Source of the DNA: an uncultured bacterium
GTDB lineage: Bacteria; Acidobacteriota; HRBIN11; JAKEFK01
Assembly (NCBI GenBank): GCA_963777505.1
Contig: CAVZQN010000005.1
Span: 64,001 to 128,000 of the forward strand
Direction: 5' to 3'
Length of the DNA stretch: 64,000 nucleotides
In this document: positions 33,401 to 42,811 of the stretch, piece after piece
Position numbering within the stretch: the first letter of the stretch is position 1
Layout: every line of letters starts with the position of its first letter
Position numbers and translations under genes: made by a program
The notes under the pieces: generated by a model
Database searches by the model: none
What the model was told of the DNA's origin: nothing
Seen by the model: the letters and a program-made list of their open reading frames with translations, nothing else

Positions 33401-33728
33401 CGGCGAACTCAAATCAAAAGCTTTCATGTTCACAAATTGGGTAAGCAAGAAACTGAATGTTGAGATTTCGCTCAATCCGCAAAGAGGTAAGGTGATTGCG
33501 AAACAGAGATCCACTTTTGTTCTTGCCAAAGAGAGAGCAGACTTCACCTTTGCTTTTGATACTGTGTATACAGTGGCTGTAAATTACGATGGAACCGATG
33601 TTGAAGTGTCAATTGACGGTACTCCTGTTCTGACACTAACACCTGTTGGAACCATCCAATCAGGGATCATCGGATTTGCATCCAGAGGCATGACTACGAT
33701 GGTAGATCGGGTCTGTGCGACTCCGTAG
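30489..33728 (+). CDS. Large secreted protein: BNR/sialidase-like propeller, proprotein-convertase P-domain, putative Ig domain
   Basis: AAGGAGG RBS and signal peptide. Asp-boxes STNGG/STDGG/STDQG. HTWDGDLDITLIAPDGT and NGTWMLRITD (P-domain). GTPPYTWSI..GTLPTGLTL..TGEISGTP (He_PIG). Confidence 0.88.
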   Translation: MKKTPGISLIVLLMIFISGALFNLNAESKKKDKPAAKDSMRYYYDNKAVFEKLSGAAQSALIRAYGPKKGVGTLGTPKENPKGKLNPTAPNAVIVNVPVNNPALDLTAQNTQSETSIVLADGNIVVGYNDSGECTNLCAADEHFTGFSYSTNGGTSFVDGGALPDDPVANFGDVGDPVLGYDVTNDIVHFSALGMNFPTGDGPSLKCFRSTDGGITWSTRVDCTPGFAATDFQDKQWIAVDNFAGAGQGNVYQVWRQFSGSNPQGIRFVRSTDGGLTWGPSPGTLIANQGSFNVQGAFVAVGPDHAVYVFWLDQSAGSGTAHILKGRKSTDQGVTWSAAANMYTFTNTLTNGNLNLTGGFRSNCFPHAVVIPAGTNANTIVLTFNDNDSVNGDPDIYSVECDAGDITTCAGKVQVNTESVNNQQFMPTLATTPDGGATFFTWYDRKNDPGNMLIERFGRIFSGGGSTVDFVMSDNPFLPVFGSDPVVNSTYMGDYDHAVADNAFFYASFLDTEEGSQDVVFAKVPRTGPGTILSRGAVTIDDSGGNNNGTVEFNECLTMNVALNNFGTSTATGVNATLSTTTPGVTVTNAVSAYPNIAIGGTQTNSTPFQFETSPSFACGTPIEFTLNVTTSSSDPSGGASFSFTFTIPTGLGTPVPFDNNTVTPLVDAGTVNIPFNVSGFTGAIGKVTFSFHTTHTWDGDLDITLIAPDGTEVDLTTDNGGSLNNFGSNCSSRTVFDDAAAASITAASPPYVGTFRPEEALTGFDGLSGTDVNGTWMLRITDDTSVDTGSFQCGSLFLTPLTCTDGGGACGGGGCADPPVITTTTLPDGTDGVAYSQTVQATDGTPPYTWSISAGTLPTGLTLNTSTGEISGTPTATGTFNFTVMVTDTVAGCEDTQALSITIDPAAACSYEELFSDGTLTYLELNPEVTEANDFLNLDPTKKKAYATSGTDFTAQQNGTITAEVQFASGGELKSKAFMFTNWVSKKLNVEISLNPQRGKVIAKQRSTFVLAKERADFTFAFDTVYTVAVNYDGTDVEVSIDGTPVLTLTPVGTIQSGIIGFASRGMTTMVDRVCATP

Positions 33729-34731
33729 AATTTTGTTCTATTGAATTTTGGGGCGGCGATTTTCGTCGCCCCTTTTGTTTTTCTGTGTCTTTATGGCTAA
33801 GAGCTACATCCAGCACTAACGGAAGATGATCTGATCCGATACTTGTACCTGTTTGAAAATTCAGAATTTTTACATTCGAACTCACAAGAAAATGGTCAAT
33901 CGGAATCATTACTAATGGCATATGTGTTGGCCAGGTAGGCACAAGTCCGAATCCAGTCCGTGCATCTTTCAGGTGAGTCTCCTTCACAAACTTCGTATAG
34001 TACGGTGACCAAATCGACATATTAAAATCACCGGCAACAATGACATAACCCTCCGTCGAACGAATAATGGAACCGAATTCGCTCAAATCCTTATTCCGGT
34101 TTTCAAATCTCCATGCGCTCGTTGGCGTAAATAAGTGCGTGTTCAGTACTGTTACTTTTCGACCTTTTAGCTTAATTTCCGCCCGGAGGTAAGGAACACT
34201 AAAGTTACTAGATTCAAATTTGCTGATTGGATAACGGCTTAATATTGCAATGCCGTGAATATTCCTGTTTGGTTGATATCGCACATGAGGATATTGCGAA
34301 CGCAAAATTCTGAGTTGTTGCAAGCTTTGCGTTGTTGCTTCCTGTAGGACAACCACGTCTGCATTCGAATTCCCTATAAAATCAATAATGCGATCATAAT
34401 GTTTGTTCCTGAAATAAAGATTGGATGACACAATCCGAAGTTTATGATTGTCTGAATATTCAGGCGTTTCCGCAGTGCTCACATAATAAGGAGCGATCAC
34501 GAATGCATTCAAAAGAAGCGACAGGATCGAAACGCTAAGATATTTCCATGAGCGCAGAAAAATAAATACAGAAGTCAGTAAGACTCCAACAAGTAAATAT
34601 TGAAGCCTGAAATGACAGCTTAACTCGAAATATCTATTTAGATTTCCAAGAAAACTCGTAATGCTGAAAAACAGCAATGAAAGTGCGGCTATCCGAAGTC
34701 CCCAAAGCCTGAGTTTCAAATAGTTTCGCAC
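33694..34731 (-). CDS. Endonuclease/exonuclease/phosphatase family membrane protein
   Basis: N-terminal TMs (HFRLQY). DVVVLQE, VAGDFN, PTWP, IDHFLVS and GSDHLP motifs. Confidence 0.9.
   Translation of the reverse strand: MRNYLKLRLWGLRIAALSLLFFSITSFLGNLNRYFELSCHFRLQYLLVGVLLTSVFIFLRSWKYLSVSILSLLLNAFVIAPYYVSTAETPEYSDNHKLRIVSSNLYFRNKHYDRIIDFIGNSNADVVVLQEATTQSLQQLRILRSQYPHVRYQPNRNIHGIAILSRYPISKFESSNFSVPYLRAEIKLKGRKVTVLNTHLFTPTSAWRFENRNKDLSEFGSIIRSTEGYVIVAGDFNMSIWSPYYTKFVKETHLKDARTGFGLVPTWPTHMPLVMIPIDHFLVSSNVKILNFQTGTSIGSDHLPLVLDVALSHKDTEKQKGRRKSPPQNSIEQNSTESHRPDLPS
33750..33782 (+). terminator. Rho-independent terminator
   Basis: GGGGCGGCGA-TTT-TCGTCGCCCC followed by a T-rich tract. Confidence 0.8.
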
Positions 34732-34966
34732 CTCTAATGTAGGACACTGCCTCGCCGAAATTATCCAAGAAGCATGCCAGTAGAGTTCCTTCTCGCAAAT
34801 TCACATTGATGTTCCTGAAATCTGTTTCGGGATTCTGAGTGTGTGTCAAAATGTCGTCATTTTGAACCTTCCATTGTTCTTTTTCAAAGCCGGCCGTCTA
34901 GCTGAGGATGGAGTTCCCTATGTTTTGTTTCGTACTGACCGCAGAGACGCAGAGTATTTTTACGGA

Positions 34967-37320
34967 TTAATCGACCGGAAGGTTCAATTGTTTCAAAAAC
35001 ACCGGCCAGCGTGGATCGTCTTGAAGATTTTGAAGCAGGGGATCGCCTTTTATTTCTGTAACGCCGCCATCACGATTCTTGTAGGCGAGTTCTAACCATT
35101 CAAACGCTTTGTCCTTTTCTCCGCGAAAGGCGTAAATTTCTGCAACCTGAAAATAAACATCATCAGAAAATGTTTCGATGAATTCATTTAACGTAGCATC
35201 GGCTTCCTTTTTCTTTCCTACGGCATGATAGTAAAGTGCCAGTGCTTGAGTTCGCCAAAAAGGTTCGGCCTCCATCTGTATTTCGGTAAAAGCTTTTTCA
35301 TGTTGCGATTGAAGAAGATAAATCGTTCCTAATGTGGAGTGCACTGCTGGAGCTTGTGGGCTTAATTCGAGGGCTTTTCGGAATGCAGCCTCCGCTTCAT
35401 TAAACCGTTTTGCGTAATACAAATGTATACCCAGGTTACTGTATGTGGCCGATTGCAAAGGGTCCAGTTCGATTGCGCGACGTCCGAGTGAAATCGCTTC
35501 ATCCAAACGTCCCATAATTGCTGCCAGGAGTGCTGCCGTACGCATGGCAAGCGGATTTTCAGGTTCCAACTCCAGTCCGCGCTTGCAAGCTTCACTTGCA
35601 GCAGTCCAATCCCAAACATAACTCATCTGAACATGTGCCATTTGTGCATGAGCTTCAGCCAAGTTTGGATCGAGTTGCAATGCCTTCTCGACCGTTTTTA
35701 GTGCTTTCTCTTGAAGCATTTTCGGTACGTTGCTAACATTCTGTAGACTGCGATAGGTTCTGGACAATCCAACCCAGGCCGGAGCGTAGTTCGAATCGAT
35801 CTTTAGCGCTTGCTCAAAATAGCCGACCGCTTTTTCCAAATTCTCCCTTGTGCGTCGCTCTAGAAAGTACTGCCCCTGCAAATATGCATTGTATGCTTCA
35901 ACACGGGTCTGTTTTGTTTTGAGATTTTGGTCTCCATGGAGCGTCGCTTTTAATGCTTCTGACACCGATGCAGCAATTTCATCCTGAACGGCAAAAACGT
36001 TCTCCATCTGACGGTCATATGTTTGTGACCATAGATGCGAATCGGATGATACTTCAATTAATTGAGCGGTGATCCGCAATTGATTTCCTGATTTGCGAAC
36101 ACTTCCCTCCAGAACGTGCGTGACTTTCAGCTTTTCAGCGATCGTCTTCATGTCCGTTTTTGTTCCCTTAAATGAGAACGCAGAAGTGCGGGAAGTTACC
36201 TGAAGCTTTGGGTTTTTTGCCAGCACATTAAGCAACTCTTCGGATAGTCCATCGGAAAAATATTCTTGTTCTTTGTCTGGACTCATGTTCGTAAATGGCA
36301 AAACTACGATCGCCGTCTTTGTTGTTGTTGGCGAGTTGACGGGTTTTGAATCACGACGAAAGTACAGGATGGAAGCGATCAATAGTACTACAAAGATAGT
36401 ACTAACAGGAATCCAAAGGCTCATCTTTTGTGGGGCGCGGGGCAGTGAGTCAGTGGTTGAAACATGCATTGTATTCCGTTTCAGCCGTTGCAAATCGGTC
36501 CGCATCTCCGCAGCACTCTGGTAGCGTAAAGTCCGATCCTTTTCGAGCGCTTTTGCGATGATCCGTTCCAGGTCTGCCGGTACTTTTGAATTCCAACGAA
36601 TAGGCGCAATTGGCTCTTTAGTGAAAATTAATTCCAGAGTTTCTCCGGTTGTTTTGCCTTCAAACGGAAGTTTGCCCGTTGCCATTTCGTAAAGCACAAT
36701 TCCAAAGGAAAGAGATCGGAGCGCGGATCGAGTTCCTGTCCACGGGCTTGTTCAGGTGACATATAGGACACCGTACCCATTGTCGATCCACTTTTCGTCA
36801 GTTGTTCCAGCGCGCTGGCTGTTGGTATTTCAGTTTCGGTTGGTAGCAGACCCGATTGTTTGGCCAATCCAAAATCGAGGAGCTTTCCTTGTCCCCGTTC
36901 TGTCACAAAAATATTTGCCGGTTTTATGTCTCGATGAATGATGTGTTCCGCATGTGCCGCATCAAGTGCATCTGCAATTTGGGATCCGATTTCAAGGATC
37001 TGATCGATTTCCATTGAACTTCCGTTGATCGCATGTTTTAAGGTTTTGCCTTTCATCATTTCCATTGCGATGAACGGACGTCCCTCGTGTTCGCCGACCT
37101 CATGGATGGTGCAAATGTTTGGATGATTTAATGCGGATGCCGATTGAGCTTCTCTACGGAAACGCTCCAGAGCTTCTGGGGTTGCGACTAAATCCTCGGG
37201 TAAGAACTTCAAAGCAACATGACGTTTGAGGTTCAAATCCTCTGCTTCATATACCACGCCCATACCGCCACCGCCAAGCTTATTTAAAATGCGGTAATGT
37301 GAAACTGTCTCCCCGATCAC
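34967..37320 (-). CDS. Ser/Thr protein kinase - TM - TolB-like - TPR (frameshift at about 36710)
   Basis: [29 protein letters not shown] and [13 protein letters not shown] motifs, plus TPRs. One missing base in the run at 36709-36711 breaks SDLFSFG. Confidence 0.9.
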
Positions 37321-37463
37321 AAATTCATCACGCTGCTAAAATTCAAAGCTATCATTGTATAGCACGATACGGAATTGTGAAGGTAGTGAAAAACTTGACA
37401 CAGCGAATCGGTGTTAAGATCAAAAGTAATTGAATTGTCGCAACTCAAACGGAATAGTAGCAT

Positions 37464-37964
37464 ATGCCTGACACACAAGACCAACGTTTACTTGAGGCTC
37501 TGCTGGATTCCTGGGACCGTAACAACATCATTCTGATCAACCTGCTTCGCTCGCTGCCTGAAGGCGGATTGGATGCGAAAGCGATGGCGGACAGCCCATC
37601 CGTTTCGGAGATGTTCACACACATCTACCATGAACGAATGGTGTCTGTCTTTGAGGAAGCGCCCGAGTTCGCGGGAAAGGTGCCGGAGAAAGAATGGGTA
37701 GTTGAGAGTGACCGTGATCGCATCAGGCAAATGCTGAACGAAAGCGCCAAAAGAGTGCGAGATGCAGTAAAGAGCAGGGTAGAAACTGGCCGTGATATGA
37801 ATCTTAACTACGACCATCCGATTCTTCTGATCCAGCTGTTGATCTTTCACGAATCCTACCATCACGGTCAGATCAAGCTCGCTCTCAAAATTGCAGGATG
37901 CCCGGTGACCAACGATGAAGCCGGGCCGCTAACGTGGGACGTTTGGAGACGTAAGAATGGATAA
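37464..37964 (+). CDS. DinB family protein
   Basis: MFTHI, HESYHHGQI and WDVW motifs. Confidence 0.9.
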   Translation: MPDTQDQRLLEALLDSWDRNNIILINLLRSLPEGGLDAKAMADSPSVSEMFTHIYHERMVSVFEEAPEFAGKVPEKEWVVESDRDRIRQMLNESAKRVRDAVKSRVETGRDMNLNYDHPILLIQLLIFHESYHHGQIKLALKIAGCPVTNDEAGPLTWDVWRRKNG

Positions 37965-38306
37965 TCGATACGTTTCGGCCTGTCTCAGAAGCGAAAAAAC
38001 AACGATGAAAAATTCGTAATACCGTTTGATGATCCGAATGTCACGTTTGTAGATTTTCATGAAAAAGAAAATGGATTCCGGTGAACTCAGCGGAAAAGTA
38101 CGATCCGTGATTTTACTCATGCAATCAATATATTTTTGAAGATCGAGAACCGCGATTTCTTTTTTTACGTTGATGAAACTGCATCGAATGAAATAATAAG
38201 TGTCATTATTTCTTCAAAAACTTTTGTTCCAACAGAAAAAGGGTTAAACTTAGACCCGCGTCATCTGGGTATTTGTTTTACAAAAGTAACACACCAAAAA
38301 GATTAA
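37965..38306 (+). pseudogene. Gene remnant: C-terminal beta-domain of a glycosyl/methyltransferase-like protein, with in-frame TGA and no start
   Basis: Manual translation gives ..DFHEKENGFR*TQR..SSKTFVP..DPRHLGI.. with TGA at 38082-38084. The TAA abuts the next ATG at 38307. Confidence 0.5.
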
Positions 38307-39197
38307 ATGTTTCTATCAAAAGCTGAATCGACTTTAAAAGGTCTTATCAGTCCGCTTGGTCATCACAGGCTAAACAGGATGATGGAAGATGGTTTCCCTG
38401 AACATTTTAAGGAACCCTTGCAGTACCTGCTATCTTCAACTTCAGCTGAAATGGATCGTTCGATTGAAGAAAAGGTGACAAAGGTAGAAAAGATCCGCTC
38501 CGACATTTCTAGAAAAAGCGAACAGTATATAGTCGTTCGTTCTTCCGGCATTGATAAGGATATTAATTCGCAGGCAGTGAATCTTGTTCAAAGAAAATTA
38601 GGATGGTTGGTTGCGACTGCGAGCATCACAAAATACTGGGGTACTTTTTTGTATCTTTGTTCGAAAGCGACGAAGGCCGAGACGATCCTTGAGCTCGGTT
38701 CTTGCGTTGGGCTCTCGTCTTGCTATTTAGCTTCAGCCGAATCTTGTAAGAATTTCATTACGATTGAAGGGTCAGATGGTTTGGTCAGCTTGATTGAATC
38801 AAACCTTCGTCAAGTAACAAACAATTTTAAGGTTGTCCATTCGTTGTTTGATTCAGGATTGGATCAAGTTCTTCCTTCATTGAATACTCGTCTTGATTTG
38901 GTTTTTATCGATGGAGATCATACCAAGCCAGCGACATTACATTACTACCGAAGAGTCAAACCATTCTTGAAGCCTGGTTCGGTAATCCTGTTCGATGACA
39001 TTCACTGGTCAAGAGGCATGCGGCATGCATGGCAAGAGATATGCGAATCTTCAGGATTGTTGTTCACTGTAAATCTCGGAAAGTTAGGGTTATGTATTTG
39101 GAATGGTCAAGAAAATAAGCCAACAAATTTTAATCTTTCAAAATTTACATTGGATTGGGGAAGGGGAGAAGGCTCAAAGTATCTTTCATGTTTTTGA
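38307..39197 (+). CDS. Class I SAM-dependent O-methyltransferase (Methyltransf_24-like)
   Basis: ILELGSCVGLS, DLVFIDGDH and FDDIHWS motifs. Confidence 0.9.
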   Translation: MFLSKAESTLKGLISPLGHHRLNRMMEDGFPEHFKEPLQYLLSSTSAEMDRSIEEKVTKVEKIRSDISRKSEQYIVVRSSGIDKDINSQAVNLVQRKLGWLVATASITKYWGTFLYLCSKATKAETILELGSCVGLSSCYLASAESCKNFITIEGSDGLVSLIESNLRQVTNNFKVVHSLFDSGLDQVLPSLNTRLDLVFIDGDHTKPATLHYYRRVKPFLKPGSVILFDDIHWSRGMRHAWQEICESSGLLFTVNLGKLGLCIWNGQENKPTNFNLSKFTLDWGRGEGSKYLSCF

Positions 39198-39449
39198 TAT
39201 CCTCAAATGCTCGAACTTCCATTTTTTTCAATTGTAATTCCTACCTATAGTCGCCCTTCACAATTAACAAAGTGTCCGTTATCCCCATACGCCGTTTGAA
39301 GTCGTGGGCTAGCGCTCGTAGCATTCCAGTCGCATCGAACTGAACTCAACCGCCAAGTCGACAAGAAGACTTTTCGTTCACTGTCTTTGACATACGTCTT
39401 TGTTAGGGAAGTTGCATATTGAGCACTCAAAACTCAGGAGGTTTAGAAC

Positions 39450-39980
39450 ATGTCTAAGATAGGAAATTTACCGACAACGGATCCATTATGGATCGACCAA
39501 AGAATCATGGATGGCAAAGAATTAACAACCGGCGAATCTCAGATCGCGAAGGATCAGACGAATGCGATGTCAAAAACCCTGGAGATCCTTGGTAAGCCAG
39601 TTGCGAAAGGAGATTACAAAGCTGCAAATGCAAAGGCAGCCGAGTTACAACAGCATTTTGAATCACTTTCACCGGACGTTAAAAAGAATCTGTATAACAA
39701 CCTGCAATCCAAAACGGGAAGCGGCATTATCGACGGGACTCTCGCTGGACAATTCCGCTATTACCTTTCGACCGGACAAAGAGACAAGTTGTTAAAGACG
39801 CTTAATCCAGACCATCAAAAAGATCAGATCAAAAACTACACATTGAATGATGCTAAGGAAAAAGCAAGCAAAAGCCTTGAAATGAACATGCAAGGAACAC
39901 AAAAGCAGAAAGAATTGGAAGAATCGATTAAAAGGTTAGGAGAAGAAAATAGAGGCATCATCAGTAATCTGCGGGGCTGA
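39450..39980 (+). CDS. Hypothetical helical protein, no signal peptide, C-terminal IISNLRG
   Basis: AGGAGG RBS and its own terminator. 176-aa ORF. Confidence 0.8.
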   Translation: MSKIGNLPTTDPLWIDQRIMDGKELTTGESQIAKDQTNAMSKTLEILGKPVAKGDYKAANAKAAELQQHFESLSPDVKKNLYNNLQSKTGSGIIDGTLAGQFRYYLSTGQRDKLLKTLNPDHQKDQIKNYTLNDAKEKASKSLEMNMQGTQKQKELEESIKRLGEENRGIISNLRG

Positions 39981-40002
39981 ATTTATTATCTTCTACGTTC
40001 AT

Positions 40003-40059
40003 GAAGTATGATCCGGACGAATGCTTACAGCAGGTTGTCCGGATCGTACTTCTTTTTTT
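40003..40059 (+). terminator. Long hairpin terminator between convergent genes
   Basis: GAAGTATGATCCGGAC...GTCCGGATCGTACTTC followed by a T7 run. Confidence 0.8.
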
Positions 40060-40070
40060 AAGATGCCGTT

Positions 40071-40499
40071 CTAGTTAGTTCCCGATTTCCAGCTTTCTTT
40101 TTCAACTTTCCAGGTCTTGTCTTCAAGAATCATGTGAATCGTACCGGTTTGTTTCGCACCAGTTTCGTCTTTACCTTCCGCATTCAGGTTCGCATCTTTT
40201 GAAGTCATCGTTCCGCCAATGACCTTAATGTCCTTCGGTTGAAGCGCCTGAATCATTGGAAGCATCTGTTTCATTTGTGGATCATCAAGCTCTTTCGCAC
40301 GGGCTGCTGTAACCATTTTCTTGAGAGCTGCTACATCTCCAGATGCAAATGCTTTGGTATAGGTCATGTAAACTTTTCCGGGTTCGCCTCCATCTGCAGG
40401 CAATGTTGTCGGTTTTTCGGCAGTCGTTTCAGCCGCAAATGACAGCACCGGTGAAATAACGAACATCAACATGAAAAGAACACAAAATCTTTTTAGCAT
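40071..40499 (-). CDS. Secreted hypothetical protein (NTF2/DUF4878-like)
   Basis: GGAGG RBS and signal peptide. C-terminal GTIHMILEDKTWKVEKESW. Confidence 0.75.
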   Translation of the reverse strand: MLKRFCVLFMLMFVISPVLSFAAETTAEKPTTLPADGGEPGKVYMTYTKAFASGDVAALKKMVTAARAKELDDPQMKQMLPMIQALQPKDIKVIGGTMTSKDANLNAEGKDETGAKQTGTIHMILEDKTWKVEKESWKSGTN

Positions 40500-40563
40500 A
40501 GAGTCCTCCCTTGTTAGCTGAGAATGCTAGCATGATTTTTAGGATTGTAAAGTTTTTGATGGT

Positions 40564-42180
40564 CTAATTCGATGCAGGAGAGGTTGCGGACTTTTTAAGG
40601 TCTTGATATTTCGAGACTGATTCCGATTTGCCCAGTAACTCGTAAAGAGCAATAAGTCGATTGAGTGTGCGTTGAGTTTGTTTATTTTGGTCGCCACGAT
40701 TGGTTTTAAGAATTGAATAGCTTTTTAGCAAAAGACGCTCAGCTTCATCGTAACGATCCAGTGCAAACATGCACTCGCCGAGTGCGCTTTCTGCTTCGGC
40801 AGTTTGCCAGTGACCTTCCGGTAATTTATTCTGCCAAACGGATAGTGCTTCACGTAAGAATGGTTCTGCATTCACAGAATCGCCTTTGTCCAAAAGCAAG
40901 CAACCGAGCCCGTAAAGAGTTTGCCCAATAAATGTGTCTTCGGAAGGCTGTGCGCGATAAATCGCAAGAGCCTCGCGGTAGTAAGATTCCGCTTCAGAGT
41001 AATCCCGTTTTTCGGAAAGAACATTTGCGAGGCTTGTCAGATCGTAGGCAACGTTCGGATGATTTTCGCCGCGTAATTTTCGATCGAGCTCCAGTGCTTT
41101 TCTTAACAGCGCTTCCGCGGAATCCAAATCACCTTTGTGACGCAATACGCGCGATAGATTCACCATCGTTGTTACGGCTGTCGGATGCTCACCGCCGTAT
41201 AAAACATTTTCAATGGCCTGAGCCTCTCGATACAATTTTTCTGCGTCATCGTATTTTCCTGTGGTATCCAGGAGAATCGCAAAATTATTCATTGTGAAAG
41301 CAACCTGGGGATGATTTTGTCCGAATACTTGTTTGCGAATAGTCAGGGCCTCATGAAACAGTTTTTCTGCTTCATCATATTCAGCTTTTTCATATAAAAC
41401 GGCGGCAAGATTATTCAAGCTTTCGCTTGTCTCCGCACTCTGCGGGTTCGTGAGTTTCTTTCGGATCGATAGTGCATCGCGATGAAGAGCCTCTGCCTCC
41501 TGATATTTTTTCTGGACAAAAAGCAACCATCCGAGATCGTTCTTGCTCAGGGCAACGTCCAGATGTTCTTTTCCAAGCAACTTTTGGCGAACTTCAATTA
41601 ACTTGCGCATCATTCGCTCGGACTCTTCATAATTACCTTGTTCATAATGCAAATATGCAACGCTGTTGAGGCTTTCAACGACATCCAGATGTTCTTCGCC
41701 GTGAATCTTGCGGCGAATATTTAACGATTTTTCCAAAAGCGGTTTCGCTTCGTTATACATTCCAAGACTTTTGTAAACATCACCGATTACATTCATCATT
41801 TTTGCTTGAACTTCCGGCTGGTTTGCCGTCTCTTTCTCAATTTTTGACGCACCTCGCTCCAACAATTCGCGGGCTGTAATGGTCTGTCCTCTTGATTCGC
41901 TGGGATCGGAAACTTGAAATAGTTCGATCAAATATTTTGAAACTTGTTTGGCTTTTTCTGCTTCGATCTTCGCGCGGTCACGCTCATTCGATATCTGGCG
42001 AATATAAAACCCAAACAATCCTGCAATGACAAGAACAACAATCGCAATTGAAACAACGCCTGCAGTGGGACGGCTTACAAATTTGCGTGCGCGATATCCA
42101 ACAGTAGATGGCCGCGCAATTACTGGACGTCCTTCTAGATGGCGCCGGATATCATCAGACATTTGTTCCGGTGTCTGCAT
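40564..42180 (-). CDS. TM + TPR-repeat protein; appears to be a Ser/Thr kinase-TPR gene lacking its kinase domain
   Basis: Starts at the post-kinase tail DDIRRHLEGRPVIARP..YRARKF. TM helix, ITARELLERG, then kinesin-light-chain-type TPRs. Confidence 0.85.
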   Translation of the reverse strand: MQTPEQMSDDIRRHLEGRPVIARPSTVGYRARKFVSRPTAGVVSIAIVVLVIAGLFGFYIRQISNERDRAKIEAEKAKQVSKYLIELFQVSDPSESRGQTITARELLERGASKIEKETANQPEVQAKMMNVIGDVYKSLGMYNEAKPLLEKSLNIRRKIHGEEHLDVVESLNSVAYLHYEQGNYEESERMMRKLIEVRQKLLGKEHLDVALSKNDLGWLLFVQKKYQEAEALHRDALSIRKKLTNPQSAETSESLNNLAAVLYEKAEYDEAEKLFHEALTIRKQVFGQNHPQVAFTMNNFAILLDTTGKYDDAEKLYREAQAIENVLYGGEHPTAVTTMVNLSRVLRHKGDLDSAEALLRKALELDRKLRGENHPNVAYDLTSLANVLSEKRDYSEAESYYREALAIYRAQPSEDTFIGQTLYGLGCLLLDKGDSVNAEPFLREALSVWQNKLPEGHWQTAEAESALGECMFALDRYDEAERLLLKSYSILKTNRGDQNKQTQRTLNRLIALYELLGKSESVSKYQDLKKSATSPASN

Positions 42181-42265
42181 CTATCTCCCATGATGTCTAA
42201 GATTGACCTACTATAAACTGATCGGCATGCAAGAACAAATTACGGACAGAGAAGAATTTCGTGAC

Positions 42266-42808
42266 TTAGCGGGTGGATCGTGTTTGAGCTAGATGCAAAA
42301 CGGCTCCAAGTCCGGCACCAAGACAAAGGCCGTAGATCACGCCCCAGAGCAACATTCCTGGCTTTCCTTGAACGGCGTTGTTAACAGCAGAGCCAGCAAA
42401 ATATCCAATCGAGTTTGCGGCAAAAAGAATGACCGCGAACACGATCGTGGATTGCATGATGCGGAAACCGATAGCTAGAATCAAGGCCATTAAAATGGAT
42501 CCGGCAATTGATCCGACCCATTCACCGGCGGATCCTTTCAGAATAAAATATGCACAGATCCAACCTGCGGAATAAGCAAAAAAGGCCAGAACAAAAAGAA
42601 AATAGAAACGCATCCGGTGTTCCTGGTGAACAACAAGTCTGCCAAGAAGAAAGGCTCCCAGCGCAATGAATAGAATTGTCCAGGCAAAATATGCACCTAT
42701 TACGGTGAGACTTTTGTACATCCATGTTTCCGCGAATGCTACAGTTGCGAAAACGCAAAGACTTGTTAAGCCGAAACCTAGGGCGCCGCGAAGAATCGCT
42801 TGATTCAT
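42266..42808 (-). CDS. Hypothetical integral membrane protein
   Basis: About 6 hydrophobic segments. Directly downstream of the oxidoreductase. Confidence 0.75.
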   Translation of the reverse strand: MNQAILRGALGFGLTSLCVFATVAFAETWMYKSLTVIGAYFAWTILFIALGAFLLGRLVVHQEHRMRFYFLFVLAFFAYSAGWICAYFILKGSAGEWVGSIAGSILMALILAIGFRIMQSTIVFAVILFAANSIGYFAGSAVNNAVQGKPGMLLWGVIYGLCLGAGLGAVLHLAQTRSTR

Positions 42809-42811
42809 AGT

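Noticed and set aside
34764-34779. Sigma54-like TGGCATGCTTCTTGGA upstream of the EEP gene (minus strand)
   Set aside because: The -12 element reads TTGG rather than TTGC and there is no other support.
38082-38084. In-frame TGA as selenocysteine or an alternative genetic code
   Set aside because: Other genes in the window end normally in TGA, the position fits Trp rather than Cys, and the frame has no start.
39200-39440. Intergenic region as a riboswitch or ncRNA
   Set aside because: I could not identify a recognisable conserved motif or convincing structure by eye. An Infernal/Rfam scan would be needed.
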